Shown: one piece after another, positions 1-10,479 of the stretch
How positions within the stretch are numbered: the first letter of the stretch is position 1
Layout: each line of letters begins with the position of its first letter
From: Trueperaceae bacterium
GTDB taxonomy: Bacteria > Deinococcota > Deinococci > Deinococcales > Trueperaceae
Direction: 5' to 3'
Assembly: GCA_034520945.1 (NCBI GenBank)
Contig: JAXHNB010000006.1
Span: forward strand, 736,001 to 800,000
DNA: 64,000 nucleotides
Translations under genes and position numbers: made by a program
The notes under the pieces: model-generated
What the model saw: only the letters and a program-made list of their open reading frames with translations
What the model was told of the DNA's origin: nothing
Database searches by the model: none

Positions 1-620
1 GCGTGGATCACGTCCATCCGCGCGCCGATGCGGCGGAACACTTCGGGCGCGACCTGGCTGGCGGCCCCGTTGGCGCAGTCCAAGGCGACGCGCAGGCCGT
101 CCAGGTACGGGGCGTGTCCCAACAGGAAGGCGCGATACGCCCCTTCCCGGCGGTCGTAGCGGTCGCTGGAGCCGATGTCGGCACCGGTCGCGTCGGGCTC
201 GTCGTCCGCACCGCCCTGCAGGCGTCGCTCGATCGCGGCGGTGGCGTCGTCGGCCAGCTTTCTGCCCTCGCCGTCGAACAGCTTGATGCCGTTGTCCTCG
301 AACGGGTTGTGGCTGGCGGAGATCACCACGCCGGCGTCGGCCCGGCGGTGGCGGGTCAGGAAGGCGACCCCGGGCGTGGGCAGTACGCCCGTCCAGGTCA
401 CGTGCGCCCCACGCGTGCACGCGCCGGCCGTGAACGCGTGCGCCAGCATGGGGCTGCTGCGGCGCGTGTCCATGCCCAGGACCAGCTTCGGGGCTCGGCC
501 CGTGAGGTGACGCAGGTGATCGCTGGTGGCGCGCGCCAAGCGGTAGGCGGTGTCGCCGTCCATTGGAGGGCGACCGGCGTGGCCGCGGACGCCGTCCGTC
601 CCGAATAGGGAGGGTGTCAT
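1..620 (-). CDS. glmM: Phosphoglucosamine mutase, 5' part (runs off the left edge)
   Basis: Minus strand from ATG 620 reads MTPSLFGTDGVRG... and later VISASHNPFEDNGIKLF (phosphoserine motif). TACAAT lies 7 nt upstream. Absent from the ORF track because no stop falls inside the window. Confidence 0.92.
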   Translation of the reverse strand, partial: MTPSLFGTDGVRGHAGRPPMDGDTAYRLARATSDHLRHLTGRAPKLVLGMDTRRSSPMLAHAFTAGACTRGAHVTWTGVLPTPGVAFLTRHRRADAGVVISASHNPFEDNGIKLFDGEGRKLADDATAAIERRLQGGADDEPDATGADIGSSDRYDRREGAYRAFLLGHAPYLDGLRVALDCANGAASQVAPEVFRRIGARMDVIH

Positions 621-660
621 GCGCGGCATTGTATCCACGGTGCCCGCGCCCGGCGCGGCG

Positions 661-1374
661 TTACACGTTCCAACCGCCGGAGATGGGCAGGAACGCCCCC
701 GTCACGTATCGCGCTTCGAACGAGACCAGGTAGGCGAGGGCGGCGGCGATCTCGTCCAGGGTGCCCGGGCGGCCCATGGGGATCTCGCCGCGGGGCTTGG
801 TGACGCTGTTCTCCATCACGCCGGGGGCGAGCACGTTGACGGTGGTGCCGTGCGGCGCCTCGCGCTTGGCCAATGCCCGGCTGTACAGCAGCACGCCCGT
901 CTTGGCGATCTGGTACGCCACGATGCCCGGCTTGCCACTCAGCGCGTCCGACCCCGCGTACCCGAGGTTCACGATGCGCCCCTGCGGGCTGTCGCGAAGC
1001 AACGGGGCGGCGCGTTGGCAGGTGTGGAAGGTTGCGGTGAGGTTGCTGTCCAACATCTCGTGCCACGTGTCCGCCTCCAGCTCCTCCAGGGGGCCGTAGT
1101 GGTAGGCGCCGACGTTGTTGACCAGCACGTCCAGACGGCCCAGGCGCGCCGCGGCCTCGTCCACCAAGGCCGTCGCCTCGGCGCGGTCCGTCACGTCCGC
1201 GCGCACCACCGCGGCTGCCACCCCGAAGCTTCGGGCCTCCTCGGCCACGGCCTGGGCCGCCTCGGCGCTGCTGCGGTAGTGCACGGCCACGTCGTACCCC
1301 TCGCGCGCCAATCGCAACACCAGCGCCCGCCCGATGCCGCGGGCGGAGCCGGTCACCAGGGCCGCCCCCGTCAC
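661..1374 (-). CDS. Short-chain dehydrogenase/reductase (FabG/pteridine reductase-like)
   Basis: ALVTGSARGIG Rossmann motif, NNVG, catalytic YQIAK (YxxxK). GTG start overlaps the upstream TGA. Confidence 0.88.
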   Translation of the reverse strand: MTGAALVTGSARGIGRALVLRLAREGYDVAVHYRSSAEAAQAVAEEARSFGVAAAVVRADVTDRAEATALVDEAAARLGRLDVLVNNVGAYHYGPLEELEADTWHEMLDSNLTATFHTCQRAAPLLRDSPQGRIVNLGYAGSDALSGKPGIVAYQIAKTGVLLYSRALAKREAPHGTTVNVLAPGVMENSVTKPRGEIPMGRPGTLDEIAAALAYLVSFEARYVTGAFLPISGGWNV

Positions 1375-2306
1375 GTCGGATCCGTCCCACCGGAACCATG
1401 CGCACGACGGTAGGCGCGGTAGCGCGGAACGCGGGCCGCCTGCGTCGCCAGCGCCCACGCCGCCATCCCCAGCACCAGCCACGGAAACGCCGCCGGCCGT
1501 CCCACCGCCAGCAGGAGCGCCAACGACAAGGTCTGCGTGGTCAAACCCAACTCCGCCAGCGTGGCGGTCGCGTACAGGTCCGACCATGCCAGGCGGCGGT
1601 CCCGTGGGGCCGCCTCGAACGAGGCCCCCTCCGCCAACCGGAACGCCGCCCGATCGGCGCGCTCGATCCACCGGTCCTGGGGGGCCAGCAGGTACCGGTA
1701 CGCCCCTTCGAACACGCGGTAGGCCCAGCCGGGCGCGGCGCACCCACGCTCCCCCTCCGGCGCCCGATCGGAGGCCGGCGTGCGGGGCAGGCGGTACAGC
1801 CGCTCCATGTTGTGATCCAGCGACAGGACCGCCATCGAGGCCAGCCAGCCCGCGACGGCCAGGCCGGCGCCGGCGACGGGCGCCAGCGCCGCGTACAGCG
1901 AGGTGGTGACGATCAGATCCATCCCGGTGTCCAGGTAGCGGCCGAGCGGCGTGACGCGGTCCGTGACGCGGGCCAGCCCCCCATCCACGTTGTCGAGGAC
2001 AGCCTTGAGCAGGAGTGCAGCGGCCGCCGCCAACCAGGCGGATGGCGGGCCGGACGCCGCCGAGGACGCGCCGATGACGATGAGCACGGCGGCCAGCACG
2101 CCCAACGCCGCGTGCGTGAGCACGACCGCGTGGGGGTGGATGCCACGGCGCGCCAGCACCGCGATCAGGGCGTCCGACACGGGACGAAGCAAGAGCACGG
2201 CCCGCTCGGTCCGGGGGCGTGCCTTGGCGGCGCGTCGCAGGTCCACGGTGTCTGGATGGTACCACCGGACCCTCTCCTCGCGGTCCGCGGGACCGCCCTC
2301 CTGCAC
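1371..2306 (-). CDS. CDP-alcohol phosphatidyltransferase family protein
   Basis: DNVDGGLARVTDRVTPLGRYLDTGMD matches the DxxDGxxAR...GxxxDxxxD signature; hydrophobic helices. Start codon uncertain. Confidence 0.85.
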   Translation of the reverse strand: MQEGGPADREERVRWYHPDTVDLRRAAKARPRTERAVLLLRPVSDALIAVLARRGIHPHAVVLTHAALGVLAAVLIVIGASSAASGPPSAWLAAAAALLLKAVLDNVDGGLARVTDRVTPLGRYLDTGMDLIVTTSLYAALAPVAGAGLAVAGWLASMAVLSLDHNMERLYRLPRTPASDRAPEGERGCAAPGWAYRVFEGAYRYLLAPQDRWIERADRAAFRLAEGASFEAAPRDRRLAWSDLYATATLAELGLTTQTLSLALLLAVGRPAAFPWLVLGMAAWALATQAARVPRYRAYRRAHGSGGTDPT

Positions 2307-2330
2307 CGGGCACCGCGGTAGGCTCGGCGC

Positions 2331-3125
2331 ATGAGCGCGACCGTGGGTTCGTACCTGTTCCTGTTGCTCCTGGCACTGGGGGTGTGGCGCACCGCACTGT
2401 GGCGCCCGCGACCGCTGCCCGGCGTGACCCGGCCGCGTCCGTGGGCGCTCGGGCATCGCGGTGCGCGCGGGCCGCACGCCGAGAACACCATGCCGGCCTT
2501 CGCCTATGCGCTCCGGCACGGCGACGGCCTGGAGACCGACGTCCAGCGGAGCTTTGATGGCGACCTGGTGTTGTGGCACGACTTCGAACTGGCCGGCGTG
2601 CCGGTCCGGGATGCACGGACCGTGTGGCTGCGCGGCCAAGCGCCGGACCTGGTCACGCTGGCCGACCTGTTCCGCCTGGCCGGCGAGGCGCCCGGCACGG
2701 TGCTCAACCTCGAGATCAAGAGCCGCCCGCGGCCGCTGCGGGGGTGGGCGCTGGAGCGCGACGTGGTGCGGGCGGTGCGCCTGTCCGGTCTGGCCGACCG
2801 GGTACTGGTCTCCAGCTTCGATCCCCTCGCCCTGCTGCGCGTCCGCCTGCTGGCGCCCGAGCTTCGGACCGGCCTGCTCACGGCCGCCGAGATGCCGGCA
2901 CTGCTGCGGGGTGGCGCGCTGGCGGGCTGGTTGCACGTCGACGCGCTGCACCCCGAGGCGCCGCAGGTGGACGCCGCGCTGCTGCGGACGGCCCGTGATC
3001 GAAGCCTCCCGCTGCACGTCTGGACCGTGAACGATCCCGAGCGGATGAGCGAGCTCGTCCGCAAGGGGGTAGGCGCCGTGATCGGCGACGATCCCGCCGC
3101 CGTCGCGAAGCACGTGAAGGGATGA
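2331..3125 (+). CDS. Glycerophosphodiester phosphodiesterase with N-terminal membrane anchor
   Basis: GHRGA, ENTMPAF, LETDV, NLEIK, SSFD and WTVND motifs. TAGGCT 6 nt before ATG. Confidence 0.92.
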   Translation: MSATVGSYLFLLLLALGVWRTALWRPRPLPGVTRPRPWALGHRGARGPHAENTMPAFAYALRHGDGLETDVQRSFDGDLVLWHDFELAGVPVRDARTVWLRGQAPDLVTLADLFRLAGEAPGTVLNLEIKSRPRPLRGWALERDVVRAVRLSGLADRVLVSSFDPLALLRVRLLAPELRTGLLTAAEMPALLRGGALAGWLHVDALHPEAPQVDAALLRTARDRSLPLHVWTVNDPERMSELVRKGVGAVIGDDPAAVAKHVKG

Positions 3126-3328
3126 ACGCTGCGATGAAGATCGTCATGAAGCTCGTTACCGCCAACGAACCGTCGTTGTTCGAGGAACGCATGAGCCGCG
3201 TGCTGGCGGGGCTCACCGAACAGGACGTCATCGTCGACGTGGAGTTCGCCACCTCGCCCACCGAGACCGGTTCGGGAACGGTCTACAGCGCGCTGGTGCA
3301 CGTGCAGACGTCGGAACCCTGGTCCTGA
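3122..3328 (+). CDS. Small hypothetical protein (60-68 aa)
   Basis: ATGA overlap with the GDPD stop; host-like codon usage; acidic, globular-looking sequence. Confidence 0.65.
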   Translation: MNAAMKIVMKLVTANEPSLFEERMSRVLAGLTEQDVIVDVEFATSPTETGSGTVYSALVHVQTSEPWS

Positions 3329-3400
3329 CGCCGCGACAGCGCGTCCTGCACGTGAAGCGCCAAGCGGCACGCCCGTGCGCCAGGGCGGTACACTCGGTCG

Positions 3401-4450
3401 ATGCCGACGACCCTCGTTCTCGCCGTGGATGACGAGCCGGGGATGCTCAAGGTGACCGAGATCGCCTTGACCTCCTCGGGGTACGCCGTGGTGGCGTTCG
3501 ACGATCCGCGCGACGCCATTCAGGAGCTGGAGCAGGGCCTCAGGCCGGACGTGATCGTGTCCGACATCGAAATGCCGGCCATGGACGGCTTCGCGTTCTA
3601 CGCCGCCGTCCGTGAGGTGTCCGAACTGCGGGCGGTGCCGTTTTTGTTCCTCACCGCCCACGGCGACCGCCAGACCATGCGGCGCGGCATGACGCTGGGG
3701 GCCGACGACTACCTCACCAAACCGTTCCAGAAGGACGAACTGATTCAGGCGGTCCAGGTCCGGCTTCGGCGCGTCGCCGAGCTCCGGAGGCCATTGGAGG
3801 GCACGGTCGTGGCGCGCGGCTTCGGCCATCCCGTGATCGAGCGCAACGGCGAGCGATTGGACTGGGATTCGCTCAAGGCGCTGGAGCTGTTGTTCTACCT
3901 GTTGGAGCACCGGGGGGGCGTCGGCACCTTCGAGGTGGCCGAGGCACTGTGGCCCGGCAAGACCGAATCGCGCGCGTCGTCGTCGTTCCACACCACGCTG
4001 TACCGCCTCCGCAAGGTGATGGGCGGCGAGATGGTCGAGTCGGCCAACCGGCGCTACTACCTGCACGACAAGTTCCGCATCGAGTACGACGTGGACCAGT
4101 ACCGTGAGCTGGCCCGCCACGCGCGCGCGACCGGCCGGTTGGGGGACTACCGGAGCGCCCTGGCGTTGTACCGCGGACACTTCCTGGCCCAGTTCGACTC
4201 CGAGTGGATCGAGACGCGCCGCGCCGCTCTGCAGGGCGAACAACTCACCATGTTGGAGGGGGCAGCCGAAGCGGCCCGAACCGCCGGCGACCTGCCCCTC
4301 GCGACCGAGATGTACCAACGCCTCACCGAACACGAGCCGTTCAGCGAGGTCGGGTGGGAAGGGCTGGCCGCCGCCTGGGACGCCCGCGGCGAGCCCGGCC
4401 GCGCGCGCGACGCGCGCCTGCGCTTCGAGCGCATGATGCGCGACGTGTGA
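3401..4450 (+). CDS. Response regulator: receiver domain + winged helix + BTAD (SARP-like output)
   Basis: LAVDDE, VSDIEMPAMDG, FLTA, DDYLTKPF in the receiver; LYRGHFL...SEWIETRR BTAD-like C-terminus. TACACT 6 nt before ATG. Confidence 0.88.
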   Translation: MPTTLVLAVDDEPGMLKVTEIALTSSGYAVVAFDDPRDAIQELEQGLRPDVIVSDIEMPAMDGFAFYAAVREVSELRAVPFLFLTAHGDRQTMRRGMTLGADDYLTKPFQKDELIQAVQVRLRRVAELRRPLEGTVVARGFGHPVIERNGERLDWDSLKALELLFYLLEHRGGVGTFEVAEALWPGKTESRASSSFHTTLYRLRKVMGGEMVESANRRYYLHDKFRIEYDVDQYRELARHARATGRLGDYRSALALYRGHFLAQFDSEWIETRRAALQGEQLTMLEGAAEAARTAGDLPLATEMYQRLTEHEPFSEVGWEGLAAAWDARGEPGRARDARLRFERMMRDV

Positions 4451-4524
4451 CCGCGGCGCGGGCCGGGGTCACGTCGCCGCCCTGAGGTACACTTCCCCGA
4501 CGCGAATCCTGGAGGTGCTCCGCG

Positions 4525-5328
4525 ATGTACGCAATCGATCTTCGTGGCAAGACCGGCCTGGTGATGGGTGTGACCAATCAACGGTCCATCGCCTGGACCA
4601 TCGCCCGCCCGCTGGCCCGCGCCGGCGCCCGTCTCGCCTTCAGCTACCAGGGCGACCGGCTGCGACCCGCCCTGGAGAGCCTCACCGAGGAGCTGGAGGA
4701 TCCCCTGCTGGTGCCGTGCGACGTGAGCGACGACACCGAGCTCGACGCCCTGTTCCAACGCGTCAAGGACGAGTTCGGCACGTTGGATTACGTGGTGCAC
4801 GCCATCGCCTACGCGCCCCCAGCGACCTTCCAGGAGCCGTTCCGCAAGGTGTCCCGCCAGGACTGGCGCACCACCATGGACGTCTCCGCCTACTCGCTGG
4901 TGGCGGTCGCCGACCGCGCCGCCCCGTTGATGAACGAGGGCGGATCGATCGTGACGCTGTCCTACCTCGCCGCCGAGCGCGTGGTGCCGCACTACAACAT
5001 GATGGGGGTCGCCAAGGCCGCTCTGGAGGCGTCGGTGCGCTACCTCGCCTACGACCTGGGCCCTTCGGGCATTCGCATCAATGCGCTCAGCGCCGGTCCG
5101 ATGCGGACGGTGGCGGCACGCTCGATCGCAGGCTTCGGCGACATGTACGGCGAAGCCGGCCGCCAGTCGATGTTGAAGCGCAACATCACCGGCGAGGAGG
5201 TCGGCAACATGGGATTCGCGCTCTTGACCGACATGTCCGGTGGCGTCACGGGCGAAACCGTCTACGTCGACGCAGGGTTCCATGCCATCGGCATGTTCCT
5301 CGGGAACGACGATGGGGAATCGACCTGA
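4525..5328 (+). CDS. fabI: Enoyl-ACP reductase
   Basis: GVTNQRSIAW, HAIAYAP, YNMMGVAKAALE, SAGPMRT motifs; GGAGG RBS. Confidence 0.95.
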   Translation: MYAIDLRGKTGLVMGVTNQRSIAWTIARPLARAGARLAFSYQGDRLRPALESLTEELEDPLLVPCDVSDDTELDALFQRVKDEFGTLDYVVHAIAYAPPATFQEPFRKVSRQDWRTTMDVSAYSLVAVADRAAPLMNEGGSIVTLSYLAAERVVPHYNMMGVAKAALEASVRYLAYDLGPSGIRINALSAGPMRTVAARSIAGFGDMYGEAGRQSMLKRNITGEEVGNMGFALLTDMSGGVTGETVYVDAGFHAIGMFLGNDDGEST

Positions 5329-5385
5329 GGCGCATCGTCCCACGCCGCGGCACCCCGGCCGCGTGAGCAGCGAGGAGCGCCGTAC

Positions 5386-6813
5386 GTGAGTTCGCCTGCG
5401 CACGCCGTGCGTCCCGTCTACCGCGAGGTGCTGGCCGACCTCGAGACGCCGCTGACCGCCTTCCTCAAGCTGGCGGGTCGGCCTGCCTTCCTGCTCGAGT
5501 CCGCCGAGCAGGGCGAGCGGATCGCGCGCTACTCCTTCATCGGGGTGGGCGAGCGGAGCCGGTTGGAGGCCCGCGGTGCCGACGTGACGCTCACCACGCC
5601 GCAGGGCGTGACGCGCCACCAGAGCGAAGACCCGCTGCGCGACCTGTGGGACCACGTGGTGCGCCCCTCCAGCCATCCGGAGGAGTTGCCCCCCTTCTGG
5701 GCGGGGGCCGTCGGGTACGCGTCGTACGATCTGGTCCGGCGCTACGAGCGGCTCCCCGACGACAACCCGGACGAGCTGAAGCTGCCGGACCTGCTGTTCG
5801 TGGTGCCCGAGGTGCTGGTGGTGTTCGACCACCTGCGCCGCCGCCTGTTCCTGATCGCCCCCGCTCGCGAGGGCGACGCCGACGACGAGCGACGCGCCCA
5901 GCGGTTGGTGGACGAGGCGCACGCCCGCCTGCGCGCGCCGCTGCCGGGGGTGCCCGGCGATCGCGCCGGCCGCCAGGTGTCGTTCCAGGCGAACATGACC
6001 GCCGAGCAATACCGCGAGGCCGTGGATAAGGCCACCGCCTACATCCGGGCGGGCGACATCTACCAGGTGGTGCCCAGCCAGCGCATGTCGGCCGAACTGG
6101 GGGTGCACCCGTTCGCGGTCTACCGTGCCCTGCGGACGATCAACCCCAGTCCCTACCTGGGCTACCTGGACCTGGGCCCCGTCACGCTGGTGGCGTCCAG
6201 CCCCGAGAGCCTGGTGCGGAGCGACGGGTTCGAGGTCGAGACCCTGCCCATCGCCGGAACCCGCAAGCGCGGCGCGAGCCCCGCGGAGGACGCGGCCTTG
6301 GCGGAGGAGCTCCGCGGCGACGCCAAGGAACGCGCCGAGCACGTGATGCTGGTCGACCTGGGTCGCAACGACCTGGGTCGCGTCTGCCGGTACGGCACGG
6401 TGCAGGTACGCGACCTGATGCGGGTCGAGCGCTACAGTCACGTCATGCACCTGGTGTCGACGGTGGTGGGGCAGCTGGCGGAGGGGCGGACCACCCTCGA
6501 CGCCCTGGCGGCCACCCTGCCGATGGGCACCGCCAGCGGCGCCCCCAAGATCCGCGCCATGGAGATCATCGACGAGCTCGAACCGACGCGGCGCGGCCCC
6601 TACGCCGGCGCGTTCGGCTACCTGGCCGTCAGCGGGGCGATGGACATGGCGCTCACGCTCCGCACCATGGTCGTCACCGACGGCCGCGTCCACCTTCAGG
6701 CCGGTGGGGGCGTGGTGGCCGACAGCGACCCGGAGGCGGAGTACCAGGAGAGCCTCAACAAGCTCGCCGCCCTCCGGCGCGCGGTCGAGATGGCCACGAG
6801 GGGCCTGGGATGA
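5386..6813 (+). CDS. trpE: Anthranilate synthase component I
   Basis: LLESAE, GDIYQVVPSQR, NPSPY, PIAGTRKRG, EHVMLVDLGRND, SGAPKIRAM motifs. Confidence 0.95.
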   Translation: MSSPAHAVRPVYREVLADLETPLTAFLKLAGRPAFLLESAEQGERIARYSFIGVGERSRLEARGADVTLTTPQGVTRHQSEDPLRDLWDHVVRPSSHPEELPPFWAGAVGYASYDLVRRYERLPDDNPDELKLPDLLFVVPEVLVVFDHLRRRLFLIAPAREGDADDERRAQRLVDEAHARLRAPLPGVPGDRAGRQVSFQANMTAEQYREAVDKATAYIRAGDIYQVVPSQRMSAELGVHPFAVYRALRTINPSPYLGYLDLGPVTLVASSPESLVRSDGFEVETLPIAGTRKRGASPAEDAALAEELRGDAKERAEHVMLVDLGRNDLGRVCRYGTVQVRDLMRVERYSHVMHLVSTVVGQLAEGRTTLDALAATLPMGTASGAPKIRAMEIIDELEPTRRGPYAGAFGYLAVSGAMDMALTLRTMVVTDGRVHLQAGGGVVADSDPEAEYQESLNKLAALRRAVEMATRGLG

Positions 6814-7397
6814 GCGTCCGCATCCTGATCATCGACAACTACGACTCGTTCACATACAACCTGGTGCAAATGCTGGGCGCGCAAGGCGTCGATCCCGTGG
6901 TGTGGCGCAACGACGCGTTCGACGTCGCGGACGTATCCGGTGTGGCGCCCGATGGCATCGTGATCTCTCCCGGGCCGTGCACGCCCGCCGAGGCCGGCCA
7001 TTCGGTCGAGGTGGTCCGCCGCTACGGCCCGCACCTGCCGATCCTCGGGGTGTGCCTGGGGCACCAGGCGGTCGGCGCGGCCTACGGCGCGCGCGTCGAG
7101 CGGGCGGGCACGCTCATGCACGGCAAGACGAGCGTCGTGCGGCACGACGGCAGCACCGTCTTCCGCGGACTGCCCGAGGAGGTCACCGTCACGCGCTACC
7201 ACTCGCTGGTGGTGCGCGATCCCCCGTCCGAGCTGATCGTCAACGCCTGGAGCGAGGACGCGGGCGAACGGGTGATCATGGGCGTGCGCCACCAAGAGCA
7301 CCCCGTGTGGGGCGTGCAGTTCCACCCCGAGAGCATCCTGACGGTGGACGGCGCCGCGATGCTGGCGACGTTCATCGCGGAGTTGGAGGCTCGGTGA
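6810..7397 (+). CDS. trpG: Anthranilate synthase component II (glutamine amidotransferase)
   Basis: IDNYDSFTYNL, SPGPC, GVCLGHQ, QFHPES; ATGA overlap with trpE. Confidence 0.93.
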   Translation: MSVRILIIDNYDSFTYNLVQMLGAQGVDPVVWRNDAFDVADVSGVAPDGIVISPGPCTPAEAGHSVEVVRRYGPHLPILGVCLGHQAVGAAYGARVERAGTLMHGKTSVVRHDGSTVFRGLPEEVTVTRYHSLVVRDPPSELIVNAWSEDAGERVIMGVRHQEHPVWGVQFHPESILTVDGAAMLATFIAELEAR

Positions 7398-8233
7398 CGC
7401 CTGACGGTCTCACCGTCGTCACGGCCACGCGGGGCCGGCCGGAGGTCCTGCTGGACAAGGCCCACGCGCTGGCGGCGCAGACGCTGCCGCGCGACCGGTT
7501 CGAGTGGATCGTCGCCTTCGACGGGCCCGCCCCGGCGCTCGAGGAACGCCTCACGCGCGAGGTGGGCGACGCTGTGCGGCTCAGGACCGTCGTCACGCCC
7601 GGCGTGGGGCCCGGCCCGGCCCGCGACGCCGCCGCCGGGGAGGCGCGGTACGAGGTGCTGTACCTGTCGGATGACGACTGCCTTCCCGACCCGCGCACGC
7701 TGGCGCGGCACCTCGACGCGCAGGCGCGTCCCGGCCTGTACCTCGGCGCCGTGATTTTCGAAGAGGAGGACGGCCGTCAGCGGCGCTGGGCGCCTCGCCG
7801 GCCCGGATGGTGGAACGTCGGCGGCGCCAACGCGTCGCTGCCCCGTGCCGCGTTCGAAGCGGTCGGCGGCTTCGGGCGCGAGCTGCGCGGCTACGGCGGC
7901 GAAGACCTGTGGCTGGGGTGGCGGTTGGCGCGCCACGGCGTGCCGATCCGGGCCCTGCCGCACGCCGCCGTGCTGCATCGCGGCCCGGATCCCGAACGTG
8001 CCGCCTCGCCGGAACGGGCCCAGCAGGCCGGCGCGAACGCCGTACGGATCGCCCGGATGGAGCCGCGTCTGGCGTGGCGGTTGGGCGTGCACCCCTCGAT
8101 GGTGCGCACCAAGATGGCGCTGCTTCCGCCTCTGGCGGCCATGGGGGAATCCCGCTGGATCGGACGCGAGTTGGCGTACGCCCGCGGCGCGCAGCAGGCC
8201 TGGCGGGCCGAGGCCGAGGAAGCGGCCCCGTGA
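7394..8233 (+). CDS. Glycosyltransferase family 2
   Basis: GTG 7394 overlaps the trpG stop. LTVVTATRGR, VAFDG, LSDDDC (DxD) and GYGGEDLWLGWRL GT-A motifs. Confidence 0.85.
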   Translation: MTPDGLTVVTATRGRPEVLLDKAHALAAQTLPRDRFEWIVAFDGPAPALEERLTREVGDAVRLRTVVTPGVGPGPARDAAAGEARYEVLYLSDDDCLPDPRTLARHLDAQARPGLYLGAVIFEEEDGRQRRWAPRRPGWWNVGGANASLPRAAFEAVGGFGRELRGYGGEDLWLGWRLARHGVPIRALPHAAVLHRGPDPERAASPERAQQAGANAVRIARMEPRLAWRLGVHPSMVRTKMALLPPLAAMGESRWIGRELAYARGAQQAWRAEAEEAAP

Positions 8234-8267
8234 GCAGGATGCGCTTCGACATGGAACAGGAGGCACG

Positions 8268-9311
8268 ATGAGCGACTCCGAAGGCGCGAACTTCGACGCG
8301 TCCCGCGTCCTCGCCACCATCTTCGACGGTCACACCCTGTCGCGGGCCGAGGCTCGCGAGGTGATGGGGCGCTTGATGGACGGCGAGCTCTCGCAGATGC
8401 AGGCGGCGGCGCTGCTTGCGGCGCTCCGCACCCGCGGCGAGACCGTCGACGAGATCACCGGCTTCGCCGAGGCGATGCGGGCCCGCTCGATCCACGTGCC
8501 GGTCGAGGACGACGGTCCGTTGTTGGACATCTGCGGGACCGGCGGGACGGGCGTGAGCACCATCAACGTCAGCACCACCGCCTCGTTCGTCGCCACCGCC
8601 GGGGGCGCGCGCGTCGCGAAGCACGGCAACCGCGGCGTGACCAAGCGCAGCGGCTCGGCCGACCTGCTGGAGGCGCTCGACGTGCGGCTCGACGTGCCGC
8701 CGGAGCGGCTGGCGCAGGCGCTCCGCGAGATCGGGCTGGCGTTCCTGTTCGCGCGGCAGCACCATCCGGCGATGCGCTTGGTGGCGCCGATCCGTGCCGA
8801 CCTCAAGGCGCGCACCATCTTCAACAACCTTGGGCCCCTCACCAACCCGGCCGGGGCGTCGCGCCAACTGATGGGCGTGTACAGCCCCGCCCTGACCCGC
8901 ACGCTGGCCGAGGTGCTGCGCGGGCTCGGCCTGGAGCGAGCGCTGGTGGTGCACGGCGACGGGCTCGACGACTTCACGATCAGCGGCGAGTCGTACGTCT
9001 CCGAGCTCCGGCCCGACGGCGAGATCGTGGAGCACGTCCTGACGCCCGAGGACGTCGGGCTGGACCGCGCCCCCCGCAGCGCGCTGCTGGGCGGCGACGC
9101 CGCCGCCAACGCCGATGCGACGCGCGCCATTCTGGCCGGCTCCACGCGCGGCCCCCAGCGCGACGTGGTGCAGTTCAACGCCGGCGCGGCGCTGTACCTG
9201 GCCGACGTCGCCCCCAGCGTGGCCGAGGGCGTGGCCCTGGCCGGCGAGGTGTTGGACGCCGGCGCCGGACTGGACGTCCTGGAACGCTACCGGGCGTTCA
9301 GCAAGCGCTGA
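8268..9311 (+). CDS. trpD: Anthranilate phosphoribosyltransferase
   Basis: [44 protein letters not shown] before ATG 8268. Confidence 0.95.
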   Translation: MSDSEGANFDASRVLATIFDGHTLSRAEAREVMGRLMDGELSQMQAAALLAALRTRGETVDEITGFAEAMRARSIHVPVEDDGPLLDICGTGGTGVSTINVSTTASFVATAGGARVAKHGNRGVTKRSGSADLLEALDVRLDVPPERLAQALREIGLAFLFARQHHPAMRLVAPIRADLKARTIFNNLGPLTNPAGASRQLMGVYSPALTRTLAEVLRGLGLERALVVHGDGLDDFTISGESYVSELRPDGEIVEHVLTPEDVGLDRAPRSALLGGDAAANADATRAILAGSTRGPQRDVVQFNAGAALYLADVAPSVAEGVALAGEVLDAGAGLDVLERYRAFSKR

Positions 9312-9435
9312 GGGGCCGCGGACCGACCGGCAGGCGCGCGGAGGCGGCGCGCGTGTTCCCGGGAGGCACACGCGGCCCCGCCGAAGGGGGCATGATGAAG
9401 GGGACGAAGACGTACGCGACAGGGGAGGCAGCCAC

Positions 9436-10374
9436 GTGAGCGAACGCGACGACAGCACCACGACCATCGGCAGCACGTTGGTCAAGACCGGATTCGCCGA
9501 GATGTTCAAGGGCGGCGTCATCATGGACGTCGTCGACGCCGAGCAGGCCCGCATCGCCGAGGACGCCGGCGCGACCGCGGTGATGGCGCTGGAGCGGGTG
9601 CCCGCCGACATTCGCGCCCAAGGGGGCGTGGCCCGGATGTCCGACCCGGACATGATCCGCGGCATCGTGGCCGCGGTCTCGATCCCGGTGATGGCGAAGG
9701 TCCGCATCGGGCACTTCGTCGAGGCGCAGATCCTGCAGTCGCTCGGCGTCGATTTCGTCGACGAGAGCGAGGTGCTAACGCCCGCCGACGAGGCGTACCA
9801 CGTCGACAAGTTCGCGTTCACCGTGCCGTTCGTGTGCGGCGCGACCCACATCGGGGAGGCGCTGCGCCGCATCGGCGAAGGCGCCAGCATGATCCGCACC
9901 AAGGGTGAGGCCGGCACCGGCAACGTCGTCGAGGCCGTCCGCCACGCCCGCAGCGTGCTCGGCGAGATCCGCAGGATCCAGGCGCTCCGCCCCGAAGAGC
10001 TGATGGGGTACGCCAAGGAACACGGCGCGCCGGTGGACCTCGTGCGCTACGTGCACCAGCACGGGGCGTTGCCGGTCCCCAACTTCGCAGCTGGGGGGAT
10101 CGCCACCCCGGCCGACGCGGCCCTCATGATGCAGTTGGGCGTGGACGGGGTGTTCGTCGGCAGCGGCATTTTCAAGTCCGCCGCGCACGTCTCCGAGGTC
10201 AGCGAGAAGCACCGAGCCTGGCGCGGCCGCGCCGAGGCCATCGTGAAGGCCACCACGCACTACCGCGATCCGGACGTGCTGGCGGAGGTGAGCCGCGGCC
10301 TGGGCGAGGCGATGGTCGGCCTCGACGTGACGACGCTTCCGGAGGACCAGCTCCTCGCCGGACGCGGTTGGTAG
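9436..10374 (+). CDS. pdxS: Pyridoxal 5'-phosphate synthase, lyase subunit
   Basis: [57 protein letters not shown]. Confidence 0.96.
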   Translation: MSERDDSTTTIGSTLVKTGFAEMFKGGVIMDVVDAEQARIAEDAGATAVMALERVPADIRAQGGVARMSDPDMIRGIVAAVSIPVMAKVRIGHFVEAQILQSLGVDFVDESEVLTPADEAYHVDKFAFTVPFVCGATHIGEALRRIGEGASMIRTKGEAGTGNVVEAVRHARSVLGEIRRIQALRPEELMGYAKEHGAPVDLVRYVHQHGALPVPNFAAGGIATPADAALMMQLGVDGVFVGSGIFKSAAHVSEVSEKHRAWRGRAEAIVKATTHYRDPDVLAEVSRGLGEAMVGLDVTTLPEDQLLAGRGW

Positions 10375-10479
10375 GCCGCGCCGCGCCGTGCGACGCGTCG
10401 CACCCCCGGTCGTTCCCTTGCGTCCCGCAGGGCCGTTCTCTCACGGCGGCTCACCGCGTGTGTTGGTAGAGTCGCTGCC

